DNA from: Eledone cirrhosa
Taxonomy: Eukaryota
Length of the DNA: 64,000 bases
Assembly: GCA_964016885.1 (NCBI GenBank)
Contig: OZ024741.1
Coordinates: 395,622,001 to 395,686,000, forward strand
Reading direction: 5' to 3'
Part shown: piece after piece, positions 1 through 13,254 of the stretch
Position numbering within the stretch: the first letter of the stretch is position 1
Layout of the letters: each line of letters starts with the position of its first letter
The notes under the pieces: model-generated
Database searches by the model: none
The model's input: only the letters and a program-made list of their open reading frames with translations
Told to the model about the DNA's origin: nothing
Translations under genes and position numbers: made by a program

Positions 1-3000
1 CTAACTATATTCTCTTGTTGTGAGTGTCATACAACTAGCTATATTCTCTTGTTGTGAGTGTCATACCACTAACTATATTCTCTTGTTGCGAGTGTCATAC
101 AACTAACTATATACTCTTGTTGTGAGTGTCATACAACTAACTATATTCTCTTGATGTGAGTGTTATCCAACTAACTATATTCTCTTGTTGTGAGTGTCAT
201 ACCACTAAGTATATTCTCTTGTTGCGAGTGTCATACAACTAACTATATTCTCTTGTTGTGAGTGTCATACAACTAACTCTATTCTCTTGTTGTGAGTGTC
301 ATACAACTAACTGTATTCTCTTGTTATCAGTGTCATACAACTAATTATATACTCTTGTTGTGAGTGTCATACAACTAACTATATACTCTTGTTGTGAGTG
401 TCATACAACTAGCTATATTCTCTTGTTGTGAGTGTCATACAACTAACTATATTCTCTTGTTGTGAGTGTCATATAACTAGCTATATTCTCTTGTTGTGAG
501 TGTCATACAACTAACTATATTCTCTTTTTGTGAGTGTCATACAACTAACTATACTCTCTTGTTGTGAGTGTCATACAACTAACTATATGCTCTTGTTGTG
601 AGTGTCATACAACTAACTTTATTCGCTTGTGAGTGTCATACAACTAACTATATACTCTTGTGGTGAGTGTCATACGACAAGCTATATTCTCTTGTTGTGA
701 GTGTCATACAACTAACTATATTCTCTTTTTGTGAGTGTCATACGACTAACTATATTCTCTTGTTGTGAGTGTCATACAACTAACTATATGCTCTTGTTGT
801 GAGTGTCATACAACTAATTTTATTCGCTTGTGAGTGTCATACAACTAACTATATACTCTTGTGGTGAGTGTCATACAACAAGCTATATTCTCTTGTTGTG
901 AGTGTCATACAACGAACTATAGTCTCTTGTCGTGAGTGTCATACAACTAGCTATATGCTCTTGTTGTGAATGTCATACAACAAGCTATATTCTCTTGTTG
1001 TGAGTGTCATACAACTAGCTATATTCTCTTGTTATGAGTGTCATACAACTAGCTATATTCTCTTGTTGTGAGTCTCATACAACTAGCTATATGCTCTTGT
1101 TGCGAGTGTCATACAATTAAATATATTCTCTTGTTGTGAGTGTCATACAACTAGCTATATATTCTCTTGTTGTGAGTGTCATACAACTAGCTATATACTC
1201 TTCTTGTGAGTGTCATACAACTAGCTATATTCTCTTGTTGTGAGTGTCATACAACTAACTATATGCTCTTGTTGTGAGTGTCATACAACTAACTATATAC
1301 TCTTGTTGTGAGTGTCATACAACTAGCTATATGCCCGTGTTGCGATTGTCATACAACTAACTATATTCTCTTGTTGTGAGTGACATACAACTAGCTATAT
1401 GCTCTTGTTGTGAGTGTCATACAACTAACTATATACTCTTGTTATGACTGTCATACAACTAGCTATATTCTCTTGTTGTTAGTGTCATACAACTAACTAT
1501 ATACTCTTGTTGTGAGTGTCATACAACTAACTATATACTCTTGTTGTGAGTGTCATACAACTAACTATAAGCTCTTGTTGCGAGTATCATACAACTAAGT
1601 ATATACTCTTGTTTTGAGTGTCATACAACTAACTATATACTCTTGTTGCGAGTGTCATACAACTAACTATATACTCTTGTTGTGAATGTCATACAACTAG
1701 CTATATGCTCTTGTGGCGAGTGTCATACAACTAACTATATACTCTTGTTGTGAGTGTCATACAACTAACTATATTCTCTTGTTGTGACAGTCATACAACT
1801 AGCTATATTCTCTTGTTGTGAGTGTCAAACCACTAACTATATTCTCTTGTTGCGAGTGTCTTACAACTAACTATATACTCTTGTTGTAAGTGTCATACAA
1901 CTAACTATATTCTCTTGTTGTGAGTGTCATACCACTAACTATATTCTCTTGTTGCGAGTGTCATACAACAAGCTATATTCTCTTGTTATGAGTGTCATAC
2001 AACTAACTATATTCTCTTGTTGTGAGTGTCATACAACTAACTATATTCTCTTGTTGTGAGTGTCATACGACTAGCTATATTCTCTTGTTGTCAGTGTCAT
2101 ACAACTAACTATATTCTCTTGTTATCAGTGTCATACAACTAACTACATACTCTTGTTGTGAGTGTCATACATCTAGCTATATGCTCTTGTTGCGAGTGTC
2201 ATACAACTAACTATATACTCTTGTTGTGAGTGTCATACAACTAACTATATTCTCTTGTTGTGAGTGTCATACAACTAGCTATATTCTCTTGTTGTGAGTG
2301 TCATACCACTAACTATATTCTCTTGTTGCGAGTGTCATACAACTAACTATATACTCTTGTTGTGAGTGTTATACAACTAACTATATTCTCTTGTTGTGAG
2401 TGTCATACCACTAAGTATATTCTCTTGTTGTGAGTGTCATACAACTAACTTTATTCGCTTGTGAGTGTCATACAACTAACTATATACTCTTGTGGTGAGT
2501 GTCATACAACAAGCTATATTCTCTTGTTGTGAGTGTCATACAACGAGCTATAGTCTCTTGTCGTGAGTGTCATACAACTAGCTATATGCTCTTGTTGTGA
2601 ATGTCATACAACAAGCTATATTCTCTTGTTGTGAGTGTCATACAACTAGCTATATTCTCTTGTTGTGAGTGTCATACAACTAGCTATATTCTCTTGTTGT
2701 GAGTGTCATACAACTAACTATATTCTCTTGTTGTGAGTGTCATACAACTAACTATATACTCTTGTTGTGAGTGTCATACAACTAACTATATTCTCTTGTT
2801 GTGTGCGACATACAACTAACTATATTCTCTTGTTGTGAGTGTCATACAACTAGCTATATTCTCTTGTTGTGAGCGTCATACAACTAACTATATGCTCTTG
2901 TTGTGAGTGTCATACAACTAACTATATACTCTTGTTGTGAGTGTCATACAACTAGCTATATGCTCTTGTTGCGAGTGTCATACAACTAACTATATTCTCT

Positions 3001-6000
3001 TGTTGTGAGTGTCATACAACTAGCTATATGCTCTTGTTGTGAGTGTCATACAACTAACTATATACTCTTGTTATGAGTGTCATACAACTAGCTATATTCT
3101 CTTGTTGTGAGTGTCATACAACTAACTATATACTCTTGTTGTGAGTGTCATACAACTAGCTATATGCTCTTGTTGCCAGTGTCATACAACTAACTATATT
3201 CTCTTGTTGTGAGTGTCATACAAATAGCTATATGCTCTTGTTGTGAGTGTCATACAACTAACTATATACTCTTGTTGTGAGTGTATACAACTAGCTATAT
3301 GCTCTTGTTGCGAGTGTCATACAACTAACTATATACTCTTGTTGTGAGTGTCATACAACTAACTATATTCTCTTGTTGTGAGTGTCATACAACTAGCTAT
3401 ATTCTCTTGTTGTGAGTGTCATACCACTAACTATATTCTCTTGTTGCGAGTGTCATACAACTAACTATATACTCTTGTTGTAAGTGTCATACAACTAACT
3501 ATATTCTCTTGTTGTGAGTCTCATACCACTAACTATATTCTCTTGTTGCGAGTGTCATACAACAAGCTATATTCTCTTGTTGTGAGTGTCATACAACTAA
3601 CTATATTCTCTTGTTGTGAGTGTCATACAACTAACTATATTCTCTTGTTGTGAGTGTCATACAACTAGCTATATTCTCTTGTTGTGAGTGTCATACAACT
3701 AACTATATTCTCTTGTTGTGAGTGTCATACAACTAACTATATTCTCTTGTTATCAGTGTCATACAACTAACTATATACTCTTGTTGTGAGTGTCATACAA
3801 CTAGCTATATGCTCTTGTTGCGAGTGTCATACAACTAACTATATACTCTTGTTGTGAGTGTCATACAACTAACTATATTCTCTTGTTGTGAGTGTCATAC
3901 AACTAGCTATATGCTCTTGTTGTGAGTGTCATACAACTAACTATATACTCTTGTTGTAAGTGTCATACAACTAACTATATTCTCTTGTTGTGAGTGTCAT
4001 ACCACTAACTATATTCTCTTGTTGTGAGTGTCATACAACTAACTATATACTCTTGTTATGAGTGTCATACAACTAGCTATATTCTCTTGTTGTGAGTGTC
4101 ATACAACTAACTATATTCTCTTGTTGTGAGTGTCATACAACTAGCTATATTCTCTTGTGAGTGTCATACAACTAACTATATGCTCTTGTTATCAGTGTCA
4201 TACAACTAATTATATACTCTTGTTGTGAGTGTCATACAACTAACTATATACTCTTGTTGTGAGTGTCATACAACTAGCTATATTCTCTTGTTGTGAGTGT
4301 CATACAACTAACTATATTCTCTTGTTATCAGTGTCATACAACTAATTATATACTCTTGTTGTGAGTGTCATACAACTAACTATATACTCTTGTTGTGAGT
4401 GTCATACAACTAGCTATATTGTCTTGTTGTGAGTGTCATACAACTAACTATATTCTCTTGTTGTGAGTGTCATACAACTAGCTATATTCTCTTGTGAGTG
4501 TCATACAACTAACTATATGCTCTTGTTGTGAGTGTCATACAACTAACTATATTCGCTTGTTGTGAGTGTCATACAACTAACTATATACTCTTGTTGTGAG
4601 TGTCATACAACAAGCTATATTCTCTTGTTGTGAGTGTCATACAACTAGCTATATTCTCTTCTTTTGAATGTCATACAACTAGCTATATTCTCTTGTTGTG
4701 AGTGTCATACAACTAACTATATTCTCTTGTTGTGAGTGTCATACAACTAACTATATGCTCTTGTTGTGAGTGTCATACAACTAACTATATTCTCTTGTTG
4801 TGTGTGACATACAACTAACTATATTCTCTTGTTGTGAGTGTCATACAACTAGCTATATACTCTTGTTGTGAGTGTCATACAACTAACTATATTCTCTTGT
4901 TGTGAGTGTCATACAACTAACTATATTCTCTTGTTGTGTGTGTCATACAACTAAATATATTCTCTTGTTGTGAGTGTCATACAACTAGCTATATTCTCTT
5001 GTTGTGAGTGTCATACAACTAACTATATTCTCTTGTTGTGAGTGTCATACAACTAACTATATGCTCTTGTTGTGAGTGTCATACAACTAATTATATTCTC
5101 TTGTTGTGAGTGTCATACAACTAACTATATTCTCTTGTTGTGAGTGTCATACAACTAGCTATATACTCTTGTTGTGAGTGTCATACAACTAACTATATAC
5201 TCTTGTTTTGAGTGTCATACAACTAACTATATACTCTTGTTGTGAGTGTCATACAACTAGCTATATGCTCTGGTTGTGAGTGTCATACAACTAGCTATAT
5301 TCTCTTGTTGTGAGTGTCATACAACTAGCTATATGCTCTTCTTGCGAGTCTCATACAATTAACTATATTCTCTTGTTGTGAGTGTCATACAACTAGCTAT
5401 ATACTCTTGTTGTGAGTGTCATACAACTAACTATATTCTCTTGTTGTGAGTGTCATACCACTAACTATATTCTCTTGTTGCGAGTATGATACAACAAGCT
5501 ATATTCTCTTGTTGTGAGTGTCATACAACTAACTATATTCTCTTGTTGTGAGTGTCATACAACTAACTATATTCTCTTGTTGTGAGTGTCATACAACTAG
5601 CTATATTCTCTTGTTGTGAGTCTCATACAACTAACTCTATTCTCTTGTTGTGAGTGTCATACAACTAACTATATTCTCTTGTTATCAGTGTCATACAACT
5701 AACTATATACTCTTGTTGTGAGTGTCATACAACTAGCTATATTCTCTTGTTGTGAGTGTCATACAACTAACAATATTCTCTTGTTGTGAGTGTCATACAA
5801 CTAGCTATATTCTCTTGTTGTGAGTGTCATACAACTAACTATATTCTCTTGTTGTGAGTGTCATACAACTAACTATATTCTCTTGTTGTGAATGTCATAC
5901 AACTAACTATATGCCCTTGTTGTGAGTGTCATACAACTAACTATATACTCTTGCTGTGAGTGTCATACAACTAACTATATACTCTTGTTGTGAGTGTCAT

Positions 6001-6550
6001 ACAACTAACTATATGCTCTTGTTGCGAGTGTCATACAACTAACTATATATTCTTGTTGTGAGTGTCATACAACTAACTATATACTCTTGTTGCGAGTGTC
6101 ATACAACTAACTATATACTCTTGTTGTGAGTGTCATACAACTAGCTATATGCTCTTGTTGCGAGTGTCATACAACTAACTATATACTCTTGTTGTGAGTG
6201 TCATACAACTAGCTATATGCTCTTGTTGCCAGTTTCATACAACTAACTATATTCTCTTGTTGTGAGTGTCATACAAATAGCTATATGCTCTTGTTGTGAG
6301 TGTCATACAACTAACTATATACTCTTGTTTTGAGTGTATACAACTAGCTATATGCTCTTGTTGCGAGTGTCATACAACTAACTATATACTCTTGTTGTGA
6401 GTGTCATACAACTAACTATATTCTCTTGTTGTGAGTGTCATACAACTAGCTATATTCTCTTGTTGTGAGTGTCATACCACTAACTATATTCTCTTGTTGC
6501 GAGTGTCATACAACTAACTATATACTCTTGTTGTGAGTGTCATACAACTA
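1..6550. repeat. Higher-order block A, copy 1 (near-identical to about 28532-35080)
   Basis: Rare variants recur at a constant offset of 28531: TTGATGTGAGTGTTATCC 151/28682, GTGTGCGAC 2801/31332, CTGGTTG 5270/33801, ATGCCCTTG 5911/34442, TGAGTGTATA 6331/34862. Confidence 0.9.
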
Positions 6551-8089
6551 ACTATATTCTCTTGTTGTGAGTGTCATACCACTAACTATATTCTCTTGTT
6601 GTGAGTGTCATACAACTAACTATATTCTCTTGTTATCAGTGTCATACAACTAATTATATACTCTTGTTGTGAGTGTCATACAACTAACTATATACTCTTG
6701 TTGTGAGTGTCATACAACTAACTATATTCTCTTGTTGTGAGTGTCATACAACTAGCTATATTCTCTTGTGAGTGTCATACAACAAACTATATTCTCTTGT
6801 TGTGAGTGTCATACAACTAACTATATTCTCTTGTTGTGAGTGTCATACAACTAACTATATGCTCTTGTTGTGAGTGTCATACAACTAACTATATTCGCTT
6901 GTTGTGAGCGTCATACAACTAACTATATACTCTTGTTGTGAGTGTCATACAACAAGCTATATTCTCTTGTTGTGAGTGTCATACAACGAGCTATAGTCTC
7001 TTGTCGTGAGTTTCATACAACTAGCTATATGCTCTTGTTGTGAATGTCATACAACAAGCTATATTCTCTTGTTCGAGTGTCATACAACTAGCTATATTAT
7101 CTTGTTGTGAGTGTCATACAACTAGCTATATTCTCTTGTTGTGAGTGTCATACAACTAACTATATTCTCTTGTTGTGAGTGTCATACAACTACCTATATG
7201 CTCTTGTTGTGAGTGTCATACAACTAACTATATTCTCTTGTTGTGTGTGTGACATACAACTAACTATATTCTCTTGTTGTGAGTGTCATACAACTAGCTA
7301 TATACTCTTGTTGTGAGTGTCATACAACTAACTATATTCTCTTGTTGTGAGTGTCATACAACTAACTATATTCTCTTGTTGTGAGTGTCATACAACTAAC
7401 TATATTCTCTTGTTGTGAGTGTCATACAACTAGCTATATTCTCTTGTTGTGAGTGTCATACAACTAACTATATTCTCTTGTTGTGAGTGTGATACAACTA
7501 ACTATATGCTCTTGTTGTGAGTGTCATACAACTAACTATATTCTCTTGTTGTGAGTGTCATACAACTAACTATATTCTCTTGTTGTGAGTGTCATACAAC
7601 TAGCTATATACTCTTGTTGTGAGTGTCATACAACTAACTATATACTCTTGTTTTTAGTGTCATACAACTAACTATATACTCTTGTTGTGAGTGTCATACA
7701 ACTAGCTATATGCTCTTGTTGTGAGTGTCATACAACTAGCTATATTCTCTTGTTGTGAGTGTCATACAACTAGCTATATGCTCTTGTTGCGAGTGTCATA
7801 CAATTAACTGTATTCTCTTGTTGTGAGTGTCATACAACTAGCTATATACTCTTGTTTTGAGTGCCATACAACTAGCTATATTCTCTTGTTGTGAGTGTCA
7901 TACCACTAACTATATTTTCTTGTTGCGAGTGTCATACAACTAACTATATACTCTTGTTGTGATTGTCATACAACTAACTATATTCTCTTGTTGTGAGTGT
8001 CATACCACTAACTATATTCTCTTGTTGCGAGTATGATACAACAAGCTATATTCTCTTGTTGTGAGTGTCATACAACTAACTATATTCTC

Positions 8090-11000
8090 TTGTTGTGAGT
8101 GTCATACAACTAACTATATTCTCTTGTTGTGAGTGTCATACAACTAGCTATATTCTCTTGTTGTGAGTCTCATACAACTAACTCTATTCTCTTGTTGTGA
8201 GTGTCATACAACTAACTATATTCTCTTCTTATCAGTGTCATACAACTAACTGTATACTCTTGTTGTGAGTGTCATACTACTAACTATATACTCTTGTTGT
8301 GAGTGTCATACAACTAGCTATATTCTCTTGTTGTGAGTGTCATACAACTAACTATATTCTCTTGTTGTGAGTGTCATACAACTAGCTATATTCTCTTGTT
8401 GTGAGTGTCATACAACTAACTATATTCTCTTGTTGTGAGTGTCATACAACTAAATATATTCTCTTGTTGTGAGTGTCATAGAACTAACTATATGACCTTG
8501 TTGTGAGTCTCATACAACTAACTATATACTCTTGCTGTGAGTGTCATACAACTAACTATATACTCTTGTTGTGAGTGTCATACAACTAACTATATGCTCT
8601 TGTTGCGAGTGTCATACAACTAACTATATATTCTTGTTGTGAGTGTCATACAACTAACTATATACTCTTGTTGCGAGTGTCATACAACTAACTATATACT
8701 CTTGTTGTGAGTGTCATACAACTAGCTATATGCTCTTGTTGCGAGTGTCATACAACTAACTATATACTCTTGTTGTGAGTGTCATACCACTAACGATGTT
8801 CACTTGTTGCGAGTGTCATACAACTAACTATATACTCTTGTTGTGAGTGTCATACAACTAGCTATATGCTCTTGTTGTGAGTGTCATACAACTAACTATA
8901 TTCTCTTGTTGTGAGTGTCATACAACTAACTATATACCCTTGTTGTGAGTGTCATACAACAAGCTATATTCTCATGTTGTGAGTGTCATACAACTAGCTA
9001 TATTCTCTTGTTGTGAGTGTCATACAACTAGCTATATTCTCTTGTTATGAGTGTCATACAACTAGCTATATTCTCTTGTTGTGAGTGTCATACAACTAGC
9101 TATATGCTCTTGTTGTGAATGTCATACAACAAGCTATATTCTCTTGTTGTGAGTGTCATACAACTAACTATATACTCTTGTTGTGAGTGTCATACAACTA
9201 ACTATATTCTCTTGTTGTGAGTGTCATACAACTAGCTATATTCTCTTGTTGTGAGTGTCATACAACAAACTATATACTCTTGTTGTGATTGTCATACAAC
9301 TAAATATATTCTCTTGTTGTGAGTGTCATACAACTAGCTATATTCTCTTGTTGTGAGTGTCATACAACTAACTATATACTCTTGTTATGAGTGTCATACA
9401 ACTAGCTATATTCTCTTGTTGTGAGTGTCATACAACTAACTATATACTCTGGTTGTGAATGTCATACAACTAGCTATATACTCTTGTTGCCAGTGTCATA
9501 CAACTAACTATATTCTCTTGTTGTGAGTGTCATACAACTAGTTATATGCTCTTGTTGCGAGTGTCATACAACTAACTATATTCTCTTGTTGTGAATGTCA
9601 TACAACTAACTATATACTCTTGTTGCGAGTGTCATACAACTAACTATATGCTCGTGTTGCGAGTATCATACAACTAACTATATACTCTTGTTCTGAGTGT
9701 CATACAACTAACTATATACTCTTGTTGCGAGTGTCATACAACTAACTATATACTCTTGTTGTGAGTGTCATACAACTAACTATATTCTCTTGTTGTGAGT
9801 GTCATGCCACTAACTATATTCTCTTGTTGCGAGTGTCATACAACAAGCTATATTCTCTTGTTGTGAGTGTCATACAACTAACTATATTCTCTTGTTGTGA
9901 GTGTCATACAACTAACTATATTCTCTTGTTGTGAGTGTCATACAACTAGCTATATTCTCTTGTTGTGAGTGTCATACAACTAACTCTATTCTCTTGTTGT
10001 GAGTGTCATACAACTAACTATATTCTCTTGTTGTGAGTGTCATACAACTAACTATATTCTCTTGTTGTGAGTGTCATACAACTAGCTATATTCTCTTGTT
10101 GTGAGTGTCATACAACTAACTCTATTCTCTTGTTGTGAGTGTCATACAACTAACTATATACTCTTGTTGTGAGTGCCATACAACTAGCTATATTCTCTTG
10201 TTGTGAGTGTCATACAACTAGCTATATTCTCTTGTTGTGAGTGTCATACCACTAACTATATTCTCTTGTTGCGAGTGTCATACAACAAGCTATATTCTCT
10301 TGTTGTGAGTATCATACAACTAAATATATTCTCTTGTTGTGAGTGTCATACAACTAACTCTATTCTCTTGTTGTGTATGTCATACAACTAGCTACATTCT
10401 CTTGTTGTGAGTGTCATACAACTAACTCTATTCTCTTGTTGTGTGTGTCATACAACTAACTATATTCTCTTGTTATCAGTGTCATACAACTAGCTATATT
10501 CACTTGTTGTGAGTGTCATACAACTAACTATACACTCTTGTTGTGATTGTCATACAACTAACAATATTCTCTTGTTGTGAGTGTCATACAACTAGCTATA
10601 TGCTCTTGTTGTGAGTATCATACAACTAACTATATACTCTTGTTATGAGTGTCATACAACTAGCTATATTTTCTTGTTGTGAGTGTCAGGCAACTAACTA
10701 TATACTCTTGTTGTGAATGTCATACAACTAGCTATATGCTCTTGTTGCCAGTGTCATACAACTAACTATATTCTCTTGTTGTGAGTGTCATACAACTAGC
10801 TATATGCTCTTGTCGTGAGTGTCATACAACTAACTATATACTCTTGTTGTGAGTGTCATACAACTAGCTATATGCTCTTGTTGCGAGTGTCATACAACTA
10901 ACTATATACTCTTGTTGTGAATGACATACAACTAACTATATACTCTTGTTGTGAGTGTCATACAACTAACTATATGCTCTTGTTTCGAGTATCATACAAC

Positions 11001-11290
11001 TAACTATATACTCTTGTTGTGAGTGTCATACAACTAACTATATACACTTGTTGCGAGTGTCATACAAGTAACTATATACTCTTGTTGTGACTGTCATACA
11101 ACTAGCTATATGCTCTTGTTGCGAGTGTCATACAACTAACTATATACTCTTGTTGTGAGTGTCATACAACTAACTATATTCTCTTGTTGTGAGTGTCATA
11201 CAACTAGCTATATTCTCTTGTTGTGCGTGTCATACTACTAACTATATTCTCTTGTTTCGAGTGTCATACAACTAACTATATACTCTTGTT
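8090..11290. repeat. Higher-order block B, copy 1 (near-identical to about 43340-46540)
   Basis: Constant offset 35252: GAACTAACTATATGACC 8481/43733, TCAGGC versus TCATGC 10686/45938, and identical ORFs at 10203/45455. Confidence 0.88.
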
Positions 11291-13254
11291 GTGCGTGTCA
11301 TACTACTAACTATATTCTCTTGTTTCGAGTGTCATACAACTAACTATATACTCTTGTTGCGAGTGTCATACAACTAAATATATTCTCTTCTTGCTAGTGT
11401 CATACAACTAGCTATATTCTCTTGTTGTGAGTGTCATACAACTAACTATATGCTCTTGTTGTGAGTGTCATACAACTAGCTATATACTCTTGTTGTGAGT
11501 GTCATACAACTAGCTATATTCTCTTGTTGTGAGTGTCATACAACTAACTATATTCTCTTGTTGTGAGTGTCATACAACTAACTATATACTCTTGTTGTGA
11601 GTGTCATACAACTAGCTATATACTCTTGTTGTGAGTGTTATACAACTAACTATATGCTCTTGTTGTGAGTGCCATACAACTAGCTATATACTCTTGTTGT
11701 GAGTCTCATACAACTAGCTATATGCTACTGTTGTGAGTGTCATATAACTAACTATATTCTCTTGTTGTGAGTGTCATACAACTAACTATATGCTCTTGTT
11801 GTGAGTGTCATACAACTAACTATATTCTCTTGTTGTGAGTGTCATACAACTAGCTACTTTCTATTTATATAAGTGTCATACAACTAACTATATTCTCTTG
11901 TTGTGAGTGTCATACAACTAACTATATACTCTTGTTGTCAGTGTCATACAACTAACTCTATTCTCTTGTTGTGAGTGTCATACAACTAACTATATTCTCT
12001 TGTTGTGAGTGTCATACAACTAACTATATGCTCTTGTTGTGAGTGTCATACAACTAACTATATTCTCTTGTTGCGAGTGTCATACAACTAACTATATTCT
12101 CTTGTTGCGAGTGTCATACAACTAACTATATACTCTTGTTGTGAGTGTCATACAACTAACTATATTCTCTTGTTGTGAGTGGCATACAACTAACTATATA
12201 CTCTTGTTGTGAGTGTCATACAACTAGCTATATTCTCTTGTTGTGAGTGTCATACAACTAGCTATAATCTCTTGTTGTGAGTGTCATACAACTAGCTATA
12301 TACTCTTGTTGTGAGTGTCATACAACTAGCTATATTCTCTTGTTGTGAGTGTCATACAACTAACTATATTCTCTTGTTGTGAGTGTCATACAACTAACTA
12401 TATACTCTTGTTGTGAGTGTCATACAACTAACTTATATTCTCTTGTTGTGAGTATCATACAACTAACTATATACTCTCGTTGTGAATGTCATACAACTAA
12501 CTACATGCTCTTGTTGTGAGTGTCATACAACTAACTATATTCTCTTGTTGTGTGTGTCATACAACTAACTATATTCTCTTGTTGTGAGTGTCATACAACT
12601 AGCTATATGCTCTTGTTGTGAGTGTCATACAACTAACTATATACTCTTGTTGCGAGTGTCATACAACTAACTATATGCTCTTGTTGTGAGTGTCATACAA
12701 CTAACTATATTCTCTTGTTGTGAGTGTCATACAACTAACTATATTCTCTTGTTGTGAGTGTCATACAACTATATTCTCTTGTTGTTAGTGTCATACAACA
12801 AGCTATATTCTCTTGTTGTGAGTGTCATACAACTAACTATATTCTCTTGTTGTGAGTGTCATACAACTAACTATTTACTCTTATTGTGAGTGTCATACAA
12901 CTAACTATATGCTCTTGTTGTGAGTGTCATACAACTAACTATATACTCTTGTTGTGAGTGTCATACAACTAGCTATATTCTCTTGTTGTGAGTGTCATAC
13001 AACTAACTATATTCTCTTGTTGTGAGTGTCATACAGCTAGCTATATTCTCTTGTTGTGAGTGTCATAAAACTAACTATATTCTCTTGTTGTTAGTGTCAT
13101 ACGACAAGCTATATTCTCTTGTTGTGAGTGTCATACAACTAGCTATTTTCTCTTGTTGTGAGTGTCATACAACTAACTATATTGTCTTCTTGTTAGTGTC
13201 ATACAACTAACTATATTCTCTTGTTGTGAGTGTCATACAACTAACTATATGCTC

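Noticed and set aside
5-12. TATA-like promoter elements (CTATAT, TATATA)
   Set aside because: They occur in every monomer as part of an AT-rich repeat, with no downstream gene or other promoter context.
1-34. Array of loxP/FRT-like 34-bp recombinase sites
   Set aside because: Only the length and short words match; the monomer lacks the 13-bp inverted arms around an 8-bp spacer.
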